A DNA stretch of 64,000 nt from Botryllus schlosseri (lineage: Eukaryota). The first letter of the stretch is position 1. Every line of letters begins with the position of its first letter. The stretch spans positions 23,188,001 through 23,252,000 of the forward strand of contig CM119381.1 of NCBI GenBank assembly GCA_051294905.1, given 5' to 3'. The notes beneath the pieces were generated by a model. It saw nothing but the letters and a program-made list of their open reading frames with translations. It did not search any database and was not told the origin of the DNA. Below, one piece after another: positions 25,901 to 40,900 of the stretch. The translations under genes and the position numbers were made by a program.

Positions 25901-28900
25901 CCTTGATCTGATGTGATTCTACATCAACAACAAAAAAATTCAAGTCACAAAAACGACACAAATAATATGCCACTACCTAATTGCCATGCATGTTGAACAG
26001 GCTTTCCATGAAGTACGACCATGAAACATTCGTATCCAATTGGATATTTGGTTAAACCAATACGGATTCGTTTAGCAATTAGGTCATTTGCAAACTTTGA
26101 TGTCCACTGTAGATTACTCGAATACCTCTCGTCGTCTCCCTGTTAAAGCAATCAAAATTAAATGACAATATTTCTATTTCTGAGAAATCCATACCTTGTA
26201 GGGGACATTGGTCCACGAATCTTTTTCTGTACTGAACTGAACAAAGTAATCCAGCATTTTCGCGCTGAATTTCTCATCCATTTTTCCTTTCTCGTTAACG
26301 CGATGCAAGGTAATTATCAGTTTATTAATAAGATAGCTTCTTTTCAACTCGAATGTAATGAATTCTCCGTATCTCATGGGACACCAACTATTACCAGACA
26401 TGAATTCCCCTGATTTATATACATCCCAAGGAAATCCTGTGAGCAGTTTACCGCTTTGTGTATCTCGAAAGCCCATGCTGGTCTTGGCTGCCACCTGTAG
26501 AGAAATCGGTACGCCCTGTTAGATGACAACATATGTATATGTACCAGTAGTACCACATACAATCGCTGCTACAGTGATTATTCAGCAATCAAGTGTATCG
26601 TTAAGTTCATAAAAAGGCACGGAAAGAAAATGCATGATACAACAGCAGATCACAAAATCACAGCAATCTACAAGGGATTCTGTCAAAGCCGCGATAGCTC
26701 AGCAACTCCCATTTTGCTAATTGCTGTACTATGAAAAAGACGTTACAACACATGGAAATAACAAAACATTATCATCTACTAGTAATCTACCAGTAATACT
26801 TTGCTTTTATGTTTCAATTATTCTCGTGAAAATCAAGACCTAGTCTGGATGAGTAGTGAACCATACTCTGGTGTACTTACATTTAGATAAAAGCTAGTGC
26901 TTACCTGAATATCACACTTCACATTGGGAGTCAACTATATATGTCATGTAATTTTATAGATGGTATACAAGAATCATATAGTATCATCATCATTTAGAAT
27001 ATATTTGACATATTTTCATGTAAACATGGGTGACTACTAAAAAGTTGAGTTGAGATTGCAATAAGGTGAAGTGACTATAATTGAAGTATGAACAAGAGAT
27101 ATTGTATAAAACAGTGGTTCTCAACCGCCGGTCCGCGACGACTGTCCTACCGGTCCGCGAGGTATATTACAATTTTATACCTTAATGTCAAGACGCAATT
27201 TGTTGAGGACTTGTCCTTTGATGAAATAAATATAACATAAAATTCTAAACTGATTCAGAACTTCGTGACGTAACATTAGGGCGGGAAACATATTCGATTT
27301 GACTTGAATGATCGGTTTGACTTGAAGTTCAAGACATGCCATTTGATGGCATGCGAGCGACAAGTTCGAGCTTACTATCTAAACCAGGCAGTTTGCGCGA
27401 TCATTCGTTTTCAGTTCATTCATTTTGTGCATGACCGTAGCCTAACTTGGGCAGTGAATGGGCACTCGAAACCCACTAATTGGAGAGGTGCCGATATTGA
27501 AGGGGGTCCGAAATCGCAAATGAACATAAATTATAGAGTATTTTTTGAAACGTTTTCCAAAATTTTCCAATTTCTTTTCGCGCCTGGCGCGATTTAGTGC
27601 CGCTAAATTTCATGGTTATTGAGAGTAATCTTTTACTAGAAATAGGCATTTCGGCGTCAGCCATCACCACGCCACGACACACCAACACATGGGGCAGTTC
27701 AGGCTAAATCATGGAACTCCAAAAGATGTGTTGAAAATTCAAAAATTCGAAATGTAGGAAATACTAGTGAAAACATCCATCTAACCATGGGGTCTGGGGG
27801 CTTCGCCGTTTGGCTTATCGCCGTGTGGGGCCCAATAACAACATGTTTGGAGGTGGGCTGACGAAGTGCTTATTCGGCCAGGATTTTTTGGATGGCCGGT
27901 AAGGAAAGAAAGGAAAGGACGTAGTTTAGTTTTGTCCTTGATGTTTTTGCGGCATATACAACGACTCATGATACACATACACACGATCTGCGCATATGCA
28001 TACCATGAGTGCATGATGTGCATATGCCGCTGGACAAGGAAGTGCAGATATAGCCTTTACGGCTTTCTAAGTCATGCACCACCCCTCCATGCTATCCCAG
28101 TAATGCATGAGCGCCAAGCAGGGAAGCCATGGATACCAGTGTTACTAATCAGGTCTTTGGTCTGACCCAGCCGGGAATCGAACCCACGACCTACCGATCA
28201 AGAAGCCGGACGCTTAACCATTACGCTATCTTGTCGGTGTCGGTATAGCTGTGGTCAGGTGTTTTCGTGCGGTGCATTGTATTCGTAGTAGCCAGAGTGG
28301 CCTGCGTCTGGTGGTAGTGGCCAATGAGCAACGTAGCACAAGGTGCTCGGTTCGACTCCGAAACGCTTCTTCTCTCGATATTGTCGAAGAGAAAAATATT
28401 AGTCGTGTTGGCGTGGTCAGTTAACTTAAACTCATGGCCTTCGGCGAGACAGACTGTTTACAAACGACTCTCGGCGGTATCACGTTCATCTCGACAAGGC
28501 AATTTTACCTCGACTCAACAAACTCACTATACAGTAAAATCACATGGATGCCATCATGATCATAATTAATTGCGATCAAAAGCCTCTAAATGTCACTCTC
28601 TGGCACCATATACTTGCAAAAAACGGTTTCATACTTTACATTTTTGGTTAATTTCAATTTTTGAAAGTCCACCGGTCCGCCAAATATTTTTTGAAATTTT
28701 ACCGGTCCGCGGGGCGAAAAAGGTTGAGAACCACTGGTATAAAATATAGGCATATGAAGAATCAGTACTAACCGTGGCAAATTCAGTGGAAGGTATTTCA
28801 TGATAAGATTCTGCAAGTCGATACTGCATATTCATGGTATTGCAAGTCCTTTCTTCTAGATCTTCATTCCATGAATTGGCCAAATTCCAATGAAATATAG

Positions 28901-31900
28901 CTTTCGAATCATTAGCACGGAGTGATTTTTCCAGAGGGTACGTGGTATTATCGTCTTCATTCCACCTTCACAAAATTTAAGGTATTCAGTTATCAGGGTC
29001 TTCTTACTCAAATATTAGTACTACATTATTTAAGAATTTTGAAAATGTCTGGTTCACTATTTAATGCATAACGATTCACAAAATCAGCATCGTTAGATTC
29101 AAGATAGATGCTTCAAGTTAATGATATCAACATTTCCACAATTGCATTAGGAGGCCGTGTTGAAATTCATAAACTCTTTTGAATCAAGTAAAATTACATA
29201 TTCTTGTAGACAAACAAACCATGTGACATATCCCTTTGTTTCATCAACAGATCCGTCCAGAAAATACCTTTTCATGCAATTCAGCCTAATGGCAGACGAT
29301 TCAGGCTTCCTAAATTAAGCGATATTGAATATTGTAACATCTCTTGAAATAACATCACAACAGACAGCGCATATATTCTTTCAATCGGACAGTCATCTAT
29401 GTTGCTTTCATTCCCTCTGCAATCGTAGTTCAAAACCAATGACTTTTGGGGAACAGAATTCCGCGAGGGCCCCATTCCATAGAATCTTTTGATGAGTTGC
29501 TGTTGAATAACGGAATTATTACATTGGTTTCGCAGTGGGAACGATAATTAGATGAATATTAGGCAATCTATTCTAAAATTAAACCTATTTTATAGTGTTG
29601 TACTAATAGGTGGAATAAGTCTCACCTTCAAACTACATCCATGAAGAACCGCCGCTGCGCAAGGCATATCATGCCACTGGAGAGCAAATATCCGTATCTT
29701 CCTAGCGGAAATGCCAGTAAGAAGATGCTTAGTGAAGGCAATGCCATTCAGGTTATAAAATCTAAAAATAAATCTCTTATAATAGGTTGTTTGGATCACT
29801 GTAAATATTTTACAGTACATTTTGGGATGATGAGAAGATTTTGGCGAGTACAATTTGAATTCGTTTGACACATCGTTGTTGACGTAGGCTACAATGAATG
29901 TCAAAACAGCGCATTGTCGTTGATTAGGCAAAGTGAGACCCTGCATGGCAATTTCCGATACATACGAAGAACCAGTGAGTTTCAGTTCCCACCATGGACA
30001 AGCTTGATGATTCCTATAAACATAGGAAATTCATTCAATTCGAGAGTGTCTTTCAAAGAATCTGCACCTCACTTTAAAAAATCACTCATGTCACAAGAAT
30101 CAGGCTGAGGTTGGCTGCTCGGAATCCAAAAAGCTTTAAGGTCCTTGGACATTCTGTAGTAGATATTTTTGCGGTAATTTTTCACGACGTCGCTGTCTGT
30201 TGGTGGATAGCTTTTCGCCGAATCGCGGATGTTCAAAGGATCCGCGCAGTCGTATTCAAAATCGGGATCGATCTTGCAGCCGAATATTTCCAATTTCAAA
30301 CAGGAGTGTTCGATATTCTCAAAGGACTGGATCCTTATATAACTGGATATAATTCTGGAGGGATTATCAAACAGCAAAGTATCCCTGTTGTCATTGATTC
30401 CAAAATGAATGGTCCGGCTTTTTGTTTTGAACCACGTATCACCGTCAAGACTATATGATATTGTCAGATCGACGTTTTCGGGACTTGTCCAAGAACGAAA
30501 CACCTGTATACCTGAATGAAACTACTAGTTATCCTCTATTTTGAGACAAACTGTGTTGTTCTGATGGTACCTGTGACCTCATAGACACCAGTAAACTCAA
30601 ATTGTATGTAAGGTTCATCATCATTCTCCGTCGGTTGCCAACCATCGCACGTTCGGAGAGAACGCTTCGTGTTCAAGCCAGCCCAATTCATAAAAGCCTC
30701 AGTGGCACCTTGCTTACTGAGTGAAGTGCTGCTTGTAGCGACTGCATTTTGTCCCAAATGATTTTTGCATGCTCCTTGAAAGCATATTAATGAATCGATA
30801 CTCAAGGCAAATAATAAGTCACAATATTAATCATTGAAGTACTGGGTATAATTATGATAATTCTCAGGTGTGTCACAAAGCATTCCGCACGAGTGTCTGT
30901 TGATCTACCTTGAAAGAGACAAAAATGAAGTTCTCCTTTAATATGTAATTCAGAGCAACTATCAGATCCCGCTTGAGTGCCGTCAAGGCAATGTTTCAAA
31001 TTCAAGAATGCCATGGCGTCAAAATTGTTTCCTCCCAAATCTGTGAAAAATACTTATTCAGCGTGGCGTTTTCAAACATTCCAACAATTTTCTTGCCTGC
31101 ACTTGCTGCGGTGAAATCAGCCAGTGTCATTCTTTCAACGCTCCCACCAATCTCGGTGCATCTGTCGTCGTTTGACAAGCTACTTTTTGAATTGTAAACT
31201 ACCAATGCCATGGGTATTACGATGGTATTTTTCCAAATAAATCTATTTTCTTAAAACAACAATACAATACATTTCTTTCAAGGTACCTGTCATGATGAAA
31301 TAATCCATGAATGATTACATAAAGTGCACATGCACGGTGGTTTCTACTTCTATAAGCGATTTTGTCCTTTGTCGCTTGTATTAATGCCCTAAGACCACAA
31401 ATGTGACATATAAGAATTTTCAAAATCAACACAATGTCAAGAAAAAATATGTGAGTATTTTACGGACACCATTTTGAGATTGAGTTCTATGAAATTCTAT
31501 GATCGTAACTTTGCAAAAATGATTATTGACTCGAATTGCGACAGCAATAAAAGTGAGAAGGTAAATGTTGAAATATATGTAAGCTACAGATTTTCGGAGC
31601 AATGATGAATTTTCCATTTTTCGTGCAAGAAATAGTGCCACTGTGTTGGCTGTAATGCCACTGAAGGAACATTAAAAATTGTAGCCGAATTCAGGTGAAT
31701 CACAAATCGAAATCGCTGATTTGAAGGAGTTGAAAGTAAAATCATGAGCCCCGCTGTAATTTTGCACACCCGTCATTGAAATGAAAGTCTGATTTTGGAG
31801 CAGAATGAGAAGTGTGCTTTCTAACAGAGTATGGGCCGGAGAGACGAAAAATATCAATCGTAACTGTAGCATTAGCCTACGTCATGCATCTTGGGAAATT

Positions 31901-34900
31901 CATGAACTATAAAAATGTAAAATAAGACAGTCCTACAGCTCAAAACAGTTGCACTCAAATATCTGAGATGCGTGAAATAATAGTTTTACAAACAAAATTT
32001 ATATTACAGGGCAGATATCATGCCCCCGAGTGGGCTAGAGGTTGCTGACCTTTGCACTATACCATTATTATAGGGAGGCCATTACAAGTCTGGCTACTGA
32101 AACATCAGTCGCGCAAGATTAAGATTTAGGTAAATCAACCTTGTTCTGAATTTTGAGGTATTGCATCAGACTAAATAACATTAAACTGGCCGACGTTATC
32201 AGACCATTGCACCAATGTATCTGTCGTTGGTAAAATTTCTCCAAATTATAATAAATATGTATTGAAAATCACTAAATTTTGTAGAGTGGTACCAAACCTT
32301 TTGACGGTACTTGTTTGAATTGACGGCATAATACATTGGAATTTTGCGTCGTCCAATGACTTGCTCGAAGCTGTTGAAATGAGAATGATAGCTCATCAAA
32401 CAACACCAATCTGTTGACTTCGGCATGAAATTGAAGAGTCATATCGCCTGAATTAAAATAGAAAGGGCGGAGTTAATTAGTGATTTGCTGTACTTTCAGA
32501 ATGCCAGTAGTCTCTAAACTTTTTCAGCAATAGTTTGAGGTTCAGAACATTACCAAATGCTGTGAGCATAGTGTGTGTGTAACAGGGATTTTTGTGAGCA
32601 GTGCCAATTACGGTTGTCCTCTCCATAGGTACTTTTTACCAGATACATAAATTTAAAACTCTGCGAAGAAAGTTTTGCTCAATTCCAACCATTAGAAGCG
32701 GTGTAAGCTCAAATTGAAATTTCGACCATGAATGGAAAATAATAGTATTTACGGTGGCAAATATAATCGCTTCGCAAACACCATACATCGTTTTACGGGT
32801 ATACCTTAAGGAAAAGTGATTCCTTTTTCATGTGTTTTCATCTTAACAAAGGCCGGTGATAACGCTATGGTTAAGACATTGCTAATTAATGAAGAAAGTA
32901 GCGAAGAGGTTTAACTGGAAATTGGTCAACTTCAATGTGATTGCTTCGTAAAATCGAAGGTGATGTAATGCTTGTATATTTACAAGCATAGTATGGTTGC
33001 AAATACCACAGTCCGAAAGAGATTCTTCTGGAAAGCGCTGTGGATCCTGCACAAGGAAAAACGATCCAGCAACCCGAATGCTAGTCTTTTTAATCGTGTT
33101 ACAGATGTTGAGAAGCATTACTGAGTTCATGAAATTCAGAAAACATTCATCTAAGACGCAGTGTACAAGGGGATGATTAATAGTGATTGCGATGGGATGA
33201 ATATTTCTTTTAACACTAGAACGAACAAGTGGCTTTTTTGACGTATTTTCATTTTTAAAGAGCTGGCATTCAGTCAAATCTTACGCTGTTCGGCTGAAAC
33301 TTCTTGACTTTTATTTATTTTATGTAAGCCACCTTACCTATGATTTTCATCACTCATCTAGTACAAATAAAAAAGTTATATACAGAACTACCTCGAACTA
33401 CCGAGTGGCTTTTTTGACGCATTACAGTTTTTCTACCTTAAGGCATCGCAGTTTCATATTCTTGAAAGTGGTTATGTATCTGATAAACGCAGAAAAGCCG
33501 TTTGTAACAACAGAACTTTTTTAATATTGACTTGGTCTAACTGTGTTAGCAACAACATCTCTTGTAATAGAAGGCCGTGGATCTTCCTCGTTCCGAGTGA
33601 CCAAAGCTCTGTAATATTATATTTCTGAAGCTCAGCGTGTTACAGGACATGACATTTGAAATGTACCATTAGAGCCAGCCGACATCTGTATTGTCCATAC
33701 TAACTAGGGTTGTACAAGGGCAAGGGGCCTTTGCTCCGGAATACGAGATGGATCTTCGGGGGGGAGTGACCTGGATGTAGTAAATTGAATGCATATGAGG
33801 ATTGTGGGCATGTGTGCATTATGTTTAGTCAGACCCTCTCAAGGAACAGGTTTATGGAAGTCATGAGCTTTCTATTGACATAAGGAGTAAAAAAGGTGTA
33901 GACTCGACAAAGATAATATTGTTTTCGTTCATTACATGGTCGAAATGCCAGCAAATAATTGGGGTAAAATGTCAGATGGTGAACGCTGCTGCTACCAAGT
34001 ATCAGTACAAGGGCGTCTCATATTTAGGCAAGGATAGGACAGGACACCTCTTCTATAATCTATACATTTGCCAAGCATCGTAATGCGAAGAGTCTGATGT
34101 AATCCATCTTGAAACAATGTTACGTGAATGTGGCTATATACGCTTGGAGAAGCAAACGAAGTCCAAGTTGACACTATAATATGTCAAAAGTCTCTTGCAG
34201 CTACCCAGGACCAGAAGGAACACAGGCAGCTTCATGTAGCCACACTTTTCAAAGCTATCATCTTGTTGATAAGTATAACGGCGAGATGAAAGTGTAGAGA
34301 TCGAAGTTGTACACATATATATTGAGTTCACTCCAGCCGGAGGTAACTGTTTCCTTCAGAAGCAACACAAACAAGAAACCAGTGGCGATTAAATGTAATA
34401 ACGAAACAAAACCAGGGGGATGTTATTGACCAGGTTGCAAGGCAGTATTCTATGAGGGTACCAACAAGTCAACGATGCTCCATGCATGTTTTTTTTAGAA
34501 TGTGAATGATCTTCTACTTGCCAAAATGCCGATACTATAAAAATATCCAAATCGAGGATTAGTTGCGAGATTGCATTACGCAAATATTATCTGATATGCT
34601 TTGTGATATGTGAGCAATAACCAAAAATGATGATGTGGCTAAAGCGGATCTGGAACCTACTGCAAATTTTTGAAGAACGTGCCCAAATACAAAATGCGCA
34701 CCAGAACCAGAAATATGTTACACCAAAAAACGGCGATATGTTACATAAGTGTTGCACTAAGGTGTATGTAAAATATTGCAAGTAGCTGTGAGCGCAATAA
34801 AGAATGGTTTCTGATGCCGTTTGTTGAGATTTGTGCTGATTTTTAGCTCCGGTGAATGCATTTAATCGAAGAAAATTCAACATGCGTCAAAAAAGCCACA

Positions 34901-37900
34901 AGGTAGTTCTAGGTAGTTCGAAGTTCCGGTAGTTCTAGTGTTAAATCACTTCTACGCGAACTTAAGGTCGCAGGACACATCCAGTTCATTCCAAAACAAC
35001 GTACAAGAAATAGGAAACTTCAAAACACATCAAGTGTGGAAATCAGAACAATAATAAAAACATGATCCAAATATCATTCCGAGAACAGAGCATTTTGGTC
35101 ACAGTGCATAGATGTACCGTAAATATTAAAAAGGTGAGATGACTATGTACGCAGAAATATGTACACCAACCTGATTTTTGACAGATTACACCTATATTGC
35201 TGTCTTCCTTGTATTCACATGGTGAGGACAATAGTTTCCCATCTACCATTCTCGCACATTGATAGCCGGTATCTTTCGTGTCAGTTGATATCCATGCCGT
35301 GTCAGAAACTCCGTCTCCGTTGAAATTGTTCCAGGAGCAAGTATTCAAAACGTCACAACTCCGAATGATCCCTATCCACACATCTTCACCGTCATCTGGT
35401 ATTCTAATTATGATATGGATATTATTTTCGAATTGTGCAATGATATGGCCAATCTACTTGTTTGGTGGTATCATAACTGATTCATCAGTCAGTATATCTG
35501 CACCTAGCTTCACACAATCCATTCTTGCAGTGTGTATTGATGAATAAGGACCCTTCAGAAATATGTATTGCATCAGTCCATTCCCATCAAACCATCCGGG
35601 GATTGACATTCCTAAATATTAATACAAAAGATTGAATATCGCTGTGAGTAGTGCAAATGTTTTCCCTTTCACGAAAAGTTGCATTAATTTGACTCTGACT
35701 ACCTTTGTTTTTGAAATATCCATCATTCCCATTCATTTGTTTGTATTTTTTATATATTGTATTTTTTTCAAGACAAGCCTTAAATCATCATACGATCATA
35801 ATGATGTATATGAAAATGCGTTGCTACACTCAGAAAAAAATCAAACTATAATCTTGGCAGTATTTCTACTCATTCAGGGACATTGGAATCAACTTGTCAT
35901 TTTTTCACAAACCTGGTTTTCGCAAACATTTTCGCAGATCTTCTTCAAATTCCAATTTATCACTCACAATTCGTTTCCGTTGCCTCGTTTGGTTTCCAAA
36001 ATTACTGCAGAGCCCCCAGGAAGACCATGGTGACCATGGCGGTGGTTCTTAATAAAAATAATACGTGTTCCTGAGTATCATTGGGTTTAATTAGCAACAG
36101 GACATTTCAAGCATGATCTGACTCAAGTGCCTAAAAGCCAACGGTACTCAATACATCAATGAGGTTATAAAAAGAAAATTTTTAAAAATATCATATTTAC
36201 AGAAATTTGTATCATCTTCTAATGGCCCTGCTATTCAGTCATGACTGACATTGTGCACAACAACATTTGGGGAGTGTGCTCCAGGGTGACCCCCAGCAGT
36301 CATCGCACACATGATTCTGCATGGTTCAATGCGGAGCAAAGTACTCAAAGAAAACTTGGGTAATGATAAAGTAGTTCAAGTAGGCAGAACCTACTTGAGT
36401 ACTTTGACCAAGTACAAGTACTTCTTTACTGACCTTCTCTGGTTACGAGTAAGACAAATGAGTACCCGGGTATATCAAAAATCCAAGCACAGAGTTGTAA
36501 AAAGTCAGTTGAATATGACTTGAACTCATGACTGAACAGTAATAAACACTATGTCTTAGACTCGAACTCGAATCTCAACACTAAGACTCGGATCGACCAT
36601 TCGTACTCTAACTTAGATTCGGGTTTTACTCCGTGTTTAGTTGAAAGTGACTCGAGTCAAAACTAAGTAAGATTGACTTGTGAATCGGAAATTTATGACT
36701 TGATTAGAACTCTGGAAACATCCTTTCCAATTACAAACGATGTTACCTTCAAGTTAACATATTTTGCCGTGAAAGCATCCACGACCCTCTGCTAGTCTAC
36801 AGCATGTAAAGCGTAGTCACTCTGATATCTGATCAATTGAACAAAATGTAAAACTGTTTTGCAACATCTCATATCAGAACCCCGCCTTGACTGCCTTTTA
36901 GTGAGATACAACAAAGTCTAGTGAAATTCGTTTCTAGTATTAGGAAAATCAAGCACCAAGGCTTTGCGGTGGTATTAACCTAAAAGTACATCCACGTGAA
37001 TAGATTTTGCTCTAAAAACATGCAGTGTGTACAATATTAGGAAACATATACCTATTTGTGAATGCCCTTTCTCTAGCATAAGTGAATAAAATCTAGCAAA
37101 ATGTAGAATCCCAGAAATACATGGATGTCTTTCCCAATAATGAGCCATGTTCACCAATAGATTATTGTACCGAATGTAATTCTGATGTTCTTGGTATGCG
37201 TAAACTATCACCACTTTGAGAAGTTCATACTTTTGAGTCACAAATCATCATTACTGTTAGTAGTAGTAGTACCTAGTAGTAGTAGTGAAATACCAAATGT
37301 GCAGCGAATGCACCACATGCAAGATTTGTAGTAGGTAACAAGTTCAAGAATCCAATCAGGAGTAATAGACATCAAAATGTTAAAGGCGCACTGCGCTCTG
37401 AATATGATGTGGTCTCAAATCAAAGTTGAAGGTGTGAAAAACATTTTGGCAGCAGTCACCAACCCGAAGTACTGAAGTAAAAACGATTATAATCTGGCAC
37501 AGCTTTATATGTGTTCATTTTCGATTGTTATTGAGTGGATCAATCGTCTTGTTTCACCATAATCAGTCTTATTGTGTTAAAATGAACGACGTACTGTGTA
37601 TTGTATAATAACATAACAATAAGAATTGCGACCCTGTGTCCGAATTGAGCGGAGAATTGTCGAGAGTTTACGAGAGTTTTTAGTGCAATTCTTACTTTTG
37701 ATCCGTTCCAACTGTATGTGTAAACGGCTACATATTTATTCTTCTACAGCCGCAGATTGACCACCGCTGGATTAGGACAACGAATAACGTAGCTATGTAA
37801 TTACTGTGCAATCGAGTGGATACCCGTAAATCTCAACTGGTAGACTATGTGATGATATATACGATACCACAGTATGATTGTAATGAGAAGAAATGCAATA

Positions 37901-40900
37901 TCAGGTCACAAGGACGTCACATGCTCGGAAATCAGTATGCCAAAACCTGAAACTACCAGTTCATTACAAAGCGATCGGAAAAAAGCAAGCGTCAGCGTCA
38001 TGCATTAACCGAAATCAGCATGTTGTTTTGCAATAAACAGCATTGTAAACTGAGTTCATGCATTGATCAGGCTATACCAAAGGTTTCAAACACGCGGCCT
38101 GCGGTGACCGCATTTTGTGCGGCCCGCGACAACATTTTAGATTTTCTTCAATTTAACAATATATAAGTGCCACATATATCTTTCAAGATTTGCAGTGAAA
38201 ATTCCCTCTTAAATTGCTCCGAAAGCCTGAAACTATACATCAAACATCACTATCCGCGACCATGCAGTAAATGATTCACCATTTCGCCACATTTCTAATT
38301 CATGATAATAAACCCTGACCCTTGGACGATAGTCGTCTGCAGCACTATGCTTGAACTATTCATGGGACTATGCTTAGACGATTTGTGACTGAAATTTTCG
38401 AGTTAGACTTGGACGCGACCTTTATTATAATTACTCGGACGCGGGCTGACTCGATGGCCAAATGAATATTATCCTAGTGGACTCGGCAGGCTAGAATTGG
38501 TTAGAACCATGGGCGCAACAAACTATTCGCGTGTCATAGGAATAGTTATAGATCAGAAGGTCGCAGCTTGGTGGTATTTCGCTAAGTAAGTAGACATCGC
38601 AACCTTGGCAATCTGTTAGTTACATCTTGGGTCGTTAAACCATGTTATTAAGGCCACTTGAAGGTACTGAGTACTGTAGAATTACGCTACAATGATGTAA
38701 CATTGTAACAACAATGGGTTGTTCGGCAATCCGACATTTCTATGACTAAGACACATTCATTAAAATGTTTATGTTGGTATTTTTCTCCTTCAATATCGAA
38801 GGTCTATATCTTATAATTAATATATATCGAGTACACTTCTACTCAAATATAGTTGTATAAATGTGATGATTTTTTTCATGCCAGGTTTAAATTGATACAA
38901 GAGTAAATCCCATATTTATGATGTGTGTTGAATGTCAGTCTGCTGGATCAGCTCACTTTCAATAGGACAATTTCATCCCGTCAAATAAGGCCTACCTGGA
39001 AAGACATGGAATGCTCCTATGGATGCTGCAACCCGCGGCATCGCCAAAAACCGGAAAATTGGCCCGCGAGAACATATGAGTTTGAGACCACTGGGCTATA
39101 CAAAGGCAAATGACAATAGTTCAATTGAACTAATGCTTGACACAGTCATTGTTTCCACCCCATTTCGCTTGTGGCAAAAAAAAGAGAACAATCACATAAT
39201 TCGAAATTGTATGTTACATTTAGGAATATCTGTCGTGCTATGCTGAGCAATAGGCCTAACGCAAGCAACCTGGACATGATGATATCTTGCAGTATCGCCA
39301 CCGCACATTGGGATTCGTCGTGTAACACCACGGCCTATCTGAATTGTCAGGATTTCTGCAGTAGTTGCTCACCAACCCTGCTGAAGGATAATTCTCAGGA
39401 GTCCTGTGAAAGATATAAAATGTAAACGCAGTTAGAAACTCACATTAAAAATTTCTGAATATGAATATCGCATGATTGTACCACTACCTATCTGATAACT
39501 GACATCTACCGCGGTTCCCATGCCACTGTCAAAGTTTGCATTCGATAGTCACGTCATGTGCAGTCGTGAAGACATAATGTGAAGCGGTACTTCACATGCA
39601 ATACGATAACGCATAGATGTTATACCGTAATTTTCCATGCATAATGCACAAAATTTTACTGATTTTTATCCTAAAATAAGGGGCTGCGAATTATGCAACA
39701 ATACTTGAAAAAAATCTTCCTCGAAATAAAACTTGAAATCACACCATTCTTCTTGTTTGTTGTCAATCGCACATCACATTCAACCATCCTGCCCAGTAAT
39801 GCGTATTATCAGTGTTGGCTGCTGCCAATCAGCGAGATTCAAATGCCTACACATTTGTGTGCTTGCTATTTGAACACAAGCGAAATTAGGTCATTGATTG
39901 CTGCACGTGTACGCAATCCTCGGTGGCCTGGTTTATCGCGTCAACAACAGTCCTGGACAATCGCATCTACAAAAGGTCAGGTGCGCAAGATATATTCGCG
40001 CGCCTAAACAGTCAGATCTGCAACAGGACCGGTTACGCTGGCCGGAAAACTCGCTGCTAAAATAGGCCTGGTGAGCACGATATAATCGTTGACCTGAGCA
40101 ATCGCATCTGTAATAGGCCTGGTGCCCAAGATATCATCGCGGCCTGAACCATCGCGTCTCGGGGCTCGCAGGCTTTGGCTCGCATCTACAATTGTTTAGA
40201 AACAATGCTGTTAAGTGTATAACGATTAGTGATCGTTATTCGATTGTTCAACAGTGACATCGCAAAACAGAATGAAATCGAATCGCCGCGAGCAGACTTC
40301 AATGGGAGTAATCGATTTCCTCTAATACTAAAACATAACTATCCCTGGATGACTCGTCCCAACACTGCTATGTACAAGCTTCTCGTGTGACTCGAGTCAT
40401 GACTTGACTAGAGTCACCTTTTTCGTATGACTTGACTTGACTCGAGTTACTTTGCTAAAATGACTCGACTTGACTCGACGTATCAGAAATGTGGATTGAC
40501 TAGTGACTTGGAGCAAAATTCACGAGTCAATTTCAAGTCATCAAGTAATCATGCAGTGTCGATAAAAATCACTGTATCTTTCATATGTTCGGATTGTTCG
40601 CGAAACGCTGGTGTAACCCGTGAGAGCGACCAAACATTCATTGATCGTGCGTTTTACTGAGCCTCCATGGTTCTCTCACAAATAAATTGACCGCAAATGA
40701 AGTGATCGAAGCTTACAGCTTACGTTGTCGTAAACCAGTAGTAAAGTCATTTAGTAGCAAAATAGGCATTTCTGTTCTCTGTTCTCTTACTAATTGAATT
40801 CGAATATATAGTTTATATACAGCGCCTTCTTACATGTACATTCAACTCTATATTCGTTCATCGGTTCGGAATCAATGACCACTCAATCTGTATTTGAGAC

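Larger units (their letters stand above)
27112..28736. mobile_element. Non-autonomous hAT (Buster/Charlie-like) element with nested cargo
   Basis: TIR CAGTGGTTCTCAACC...GGTTGAGAACCACTG; perfect TSD GTATAAAA; ACCGGTCCGC subterminal repeats. Confidence 0.93.

Noticed and set aside
27860-27900. CTGACGA as another hammerhead core
   Set aside because: No downstream GAAA or closing stems; the same applies to CTGATGA at ~5610, ~13825 and ~42781
37255-37290. (TAG)n microsatellite; also (GA)n at ~22475-22495
   Set aside because: Ordinary short simple repeats
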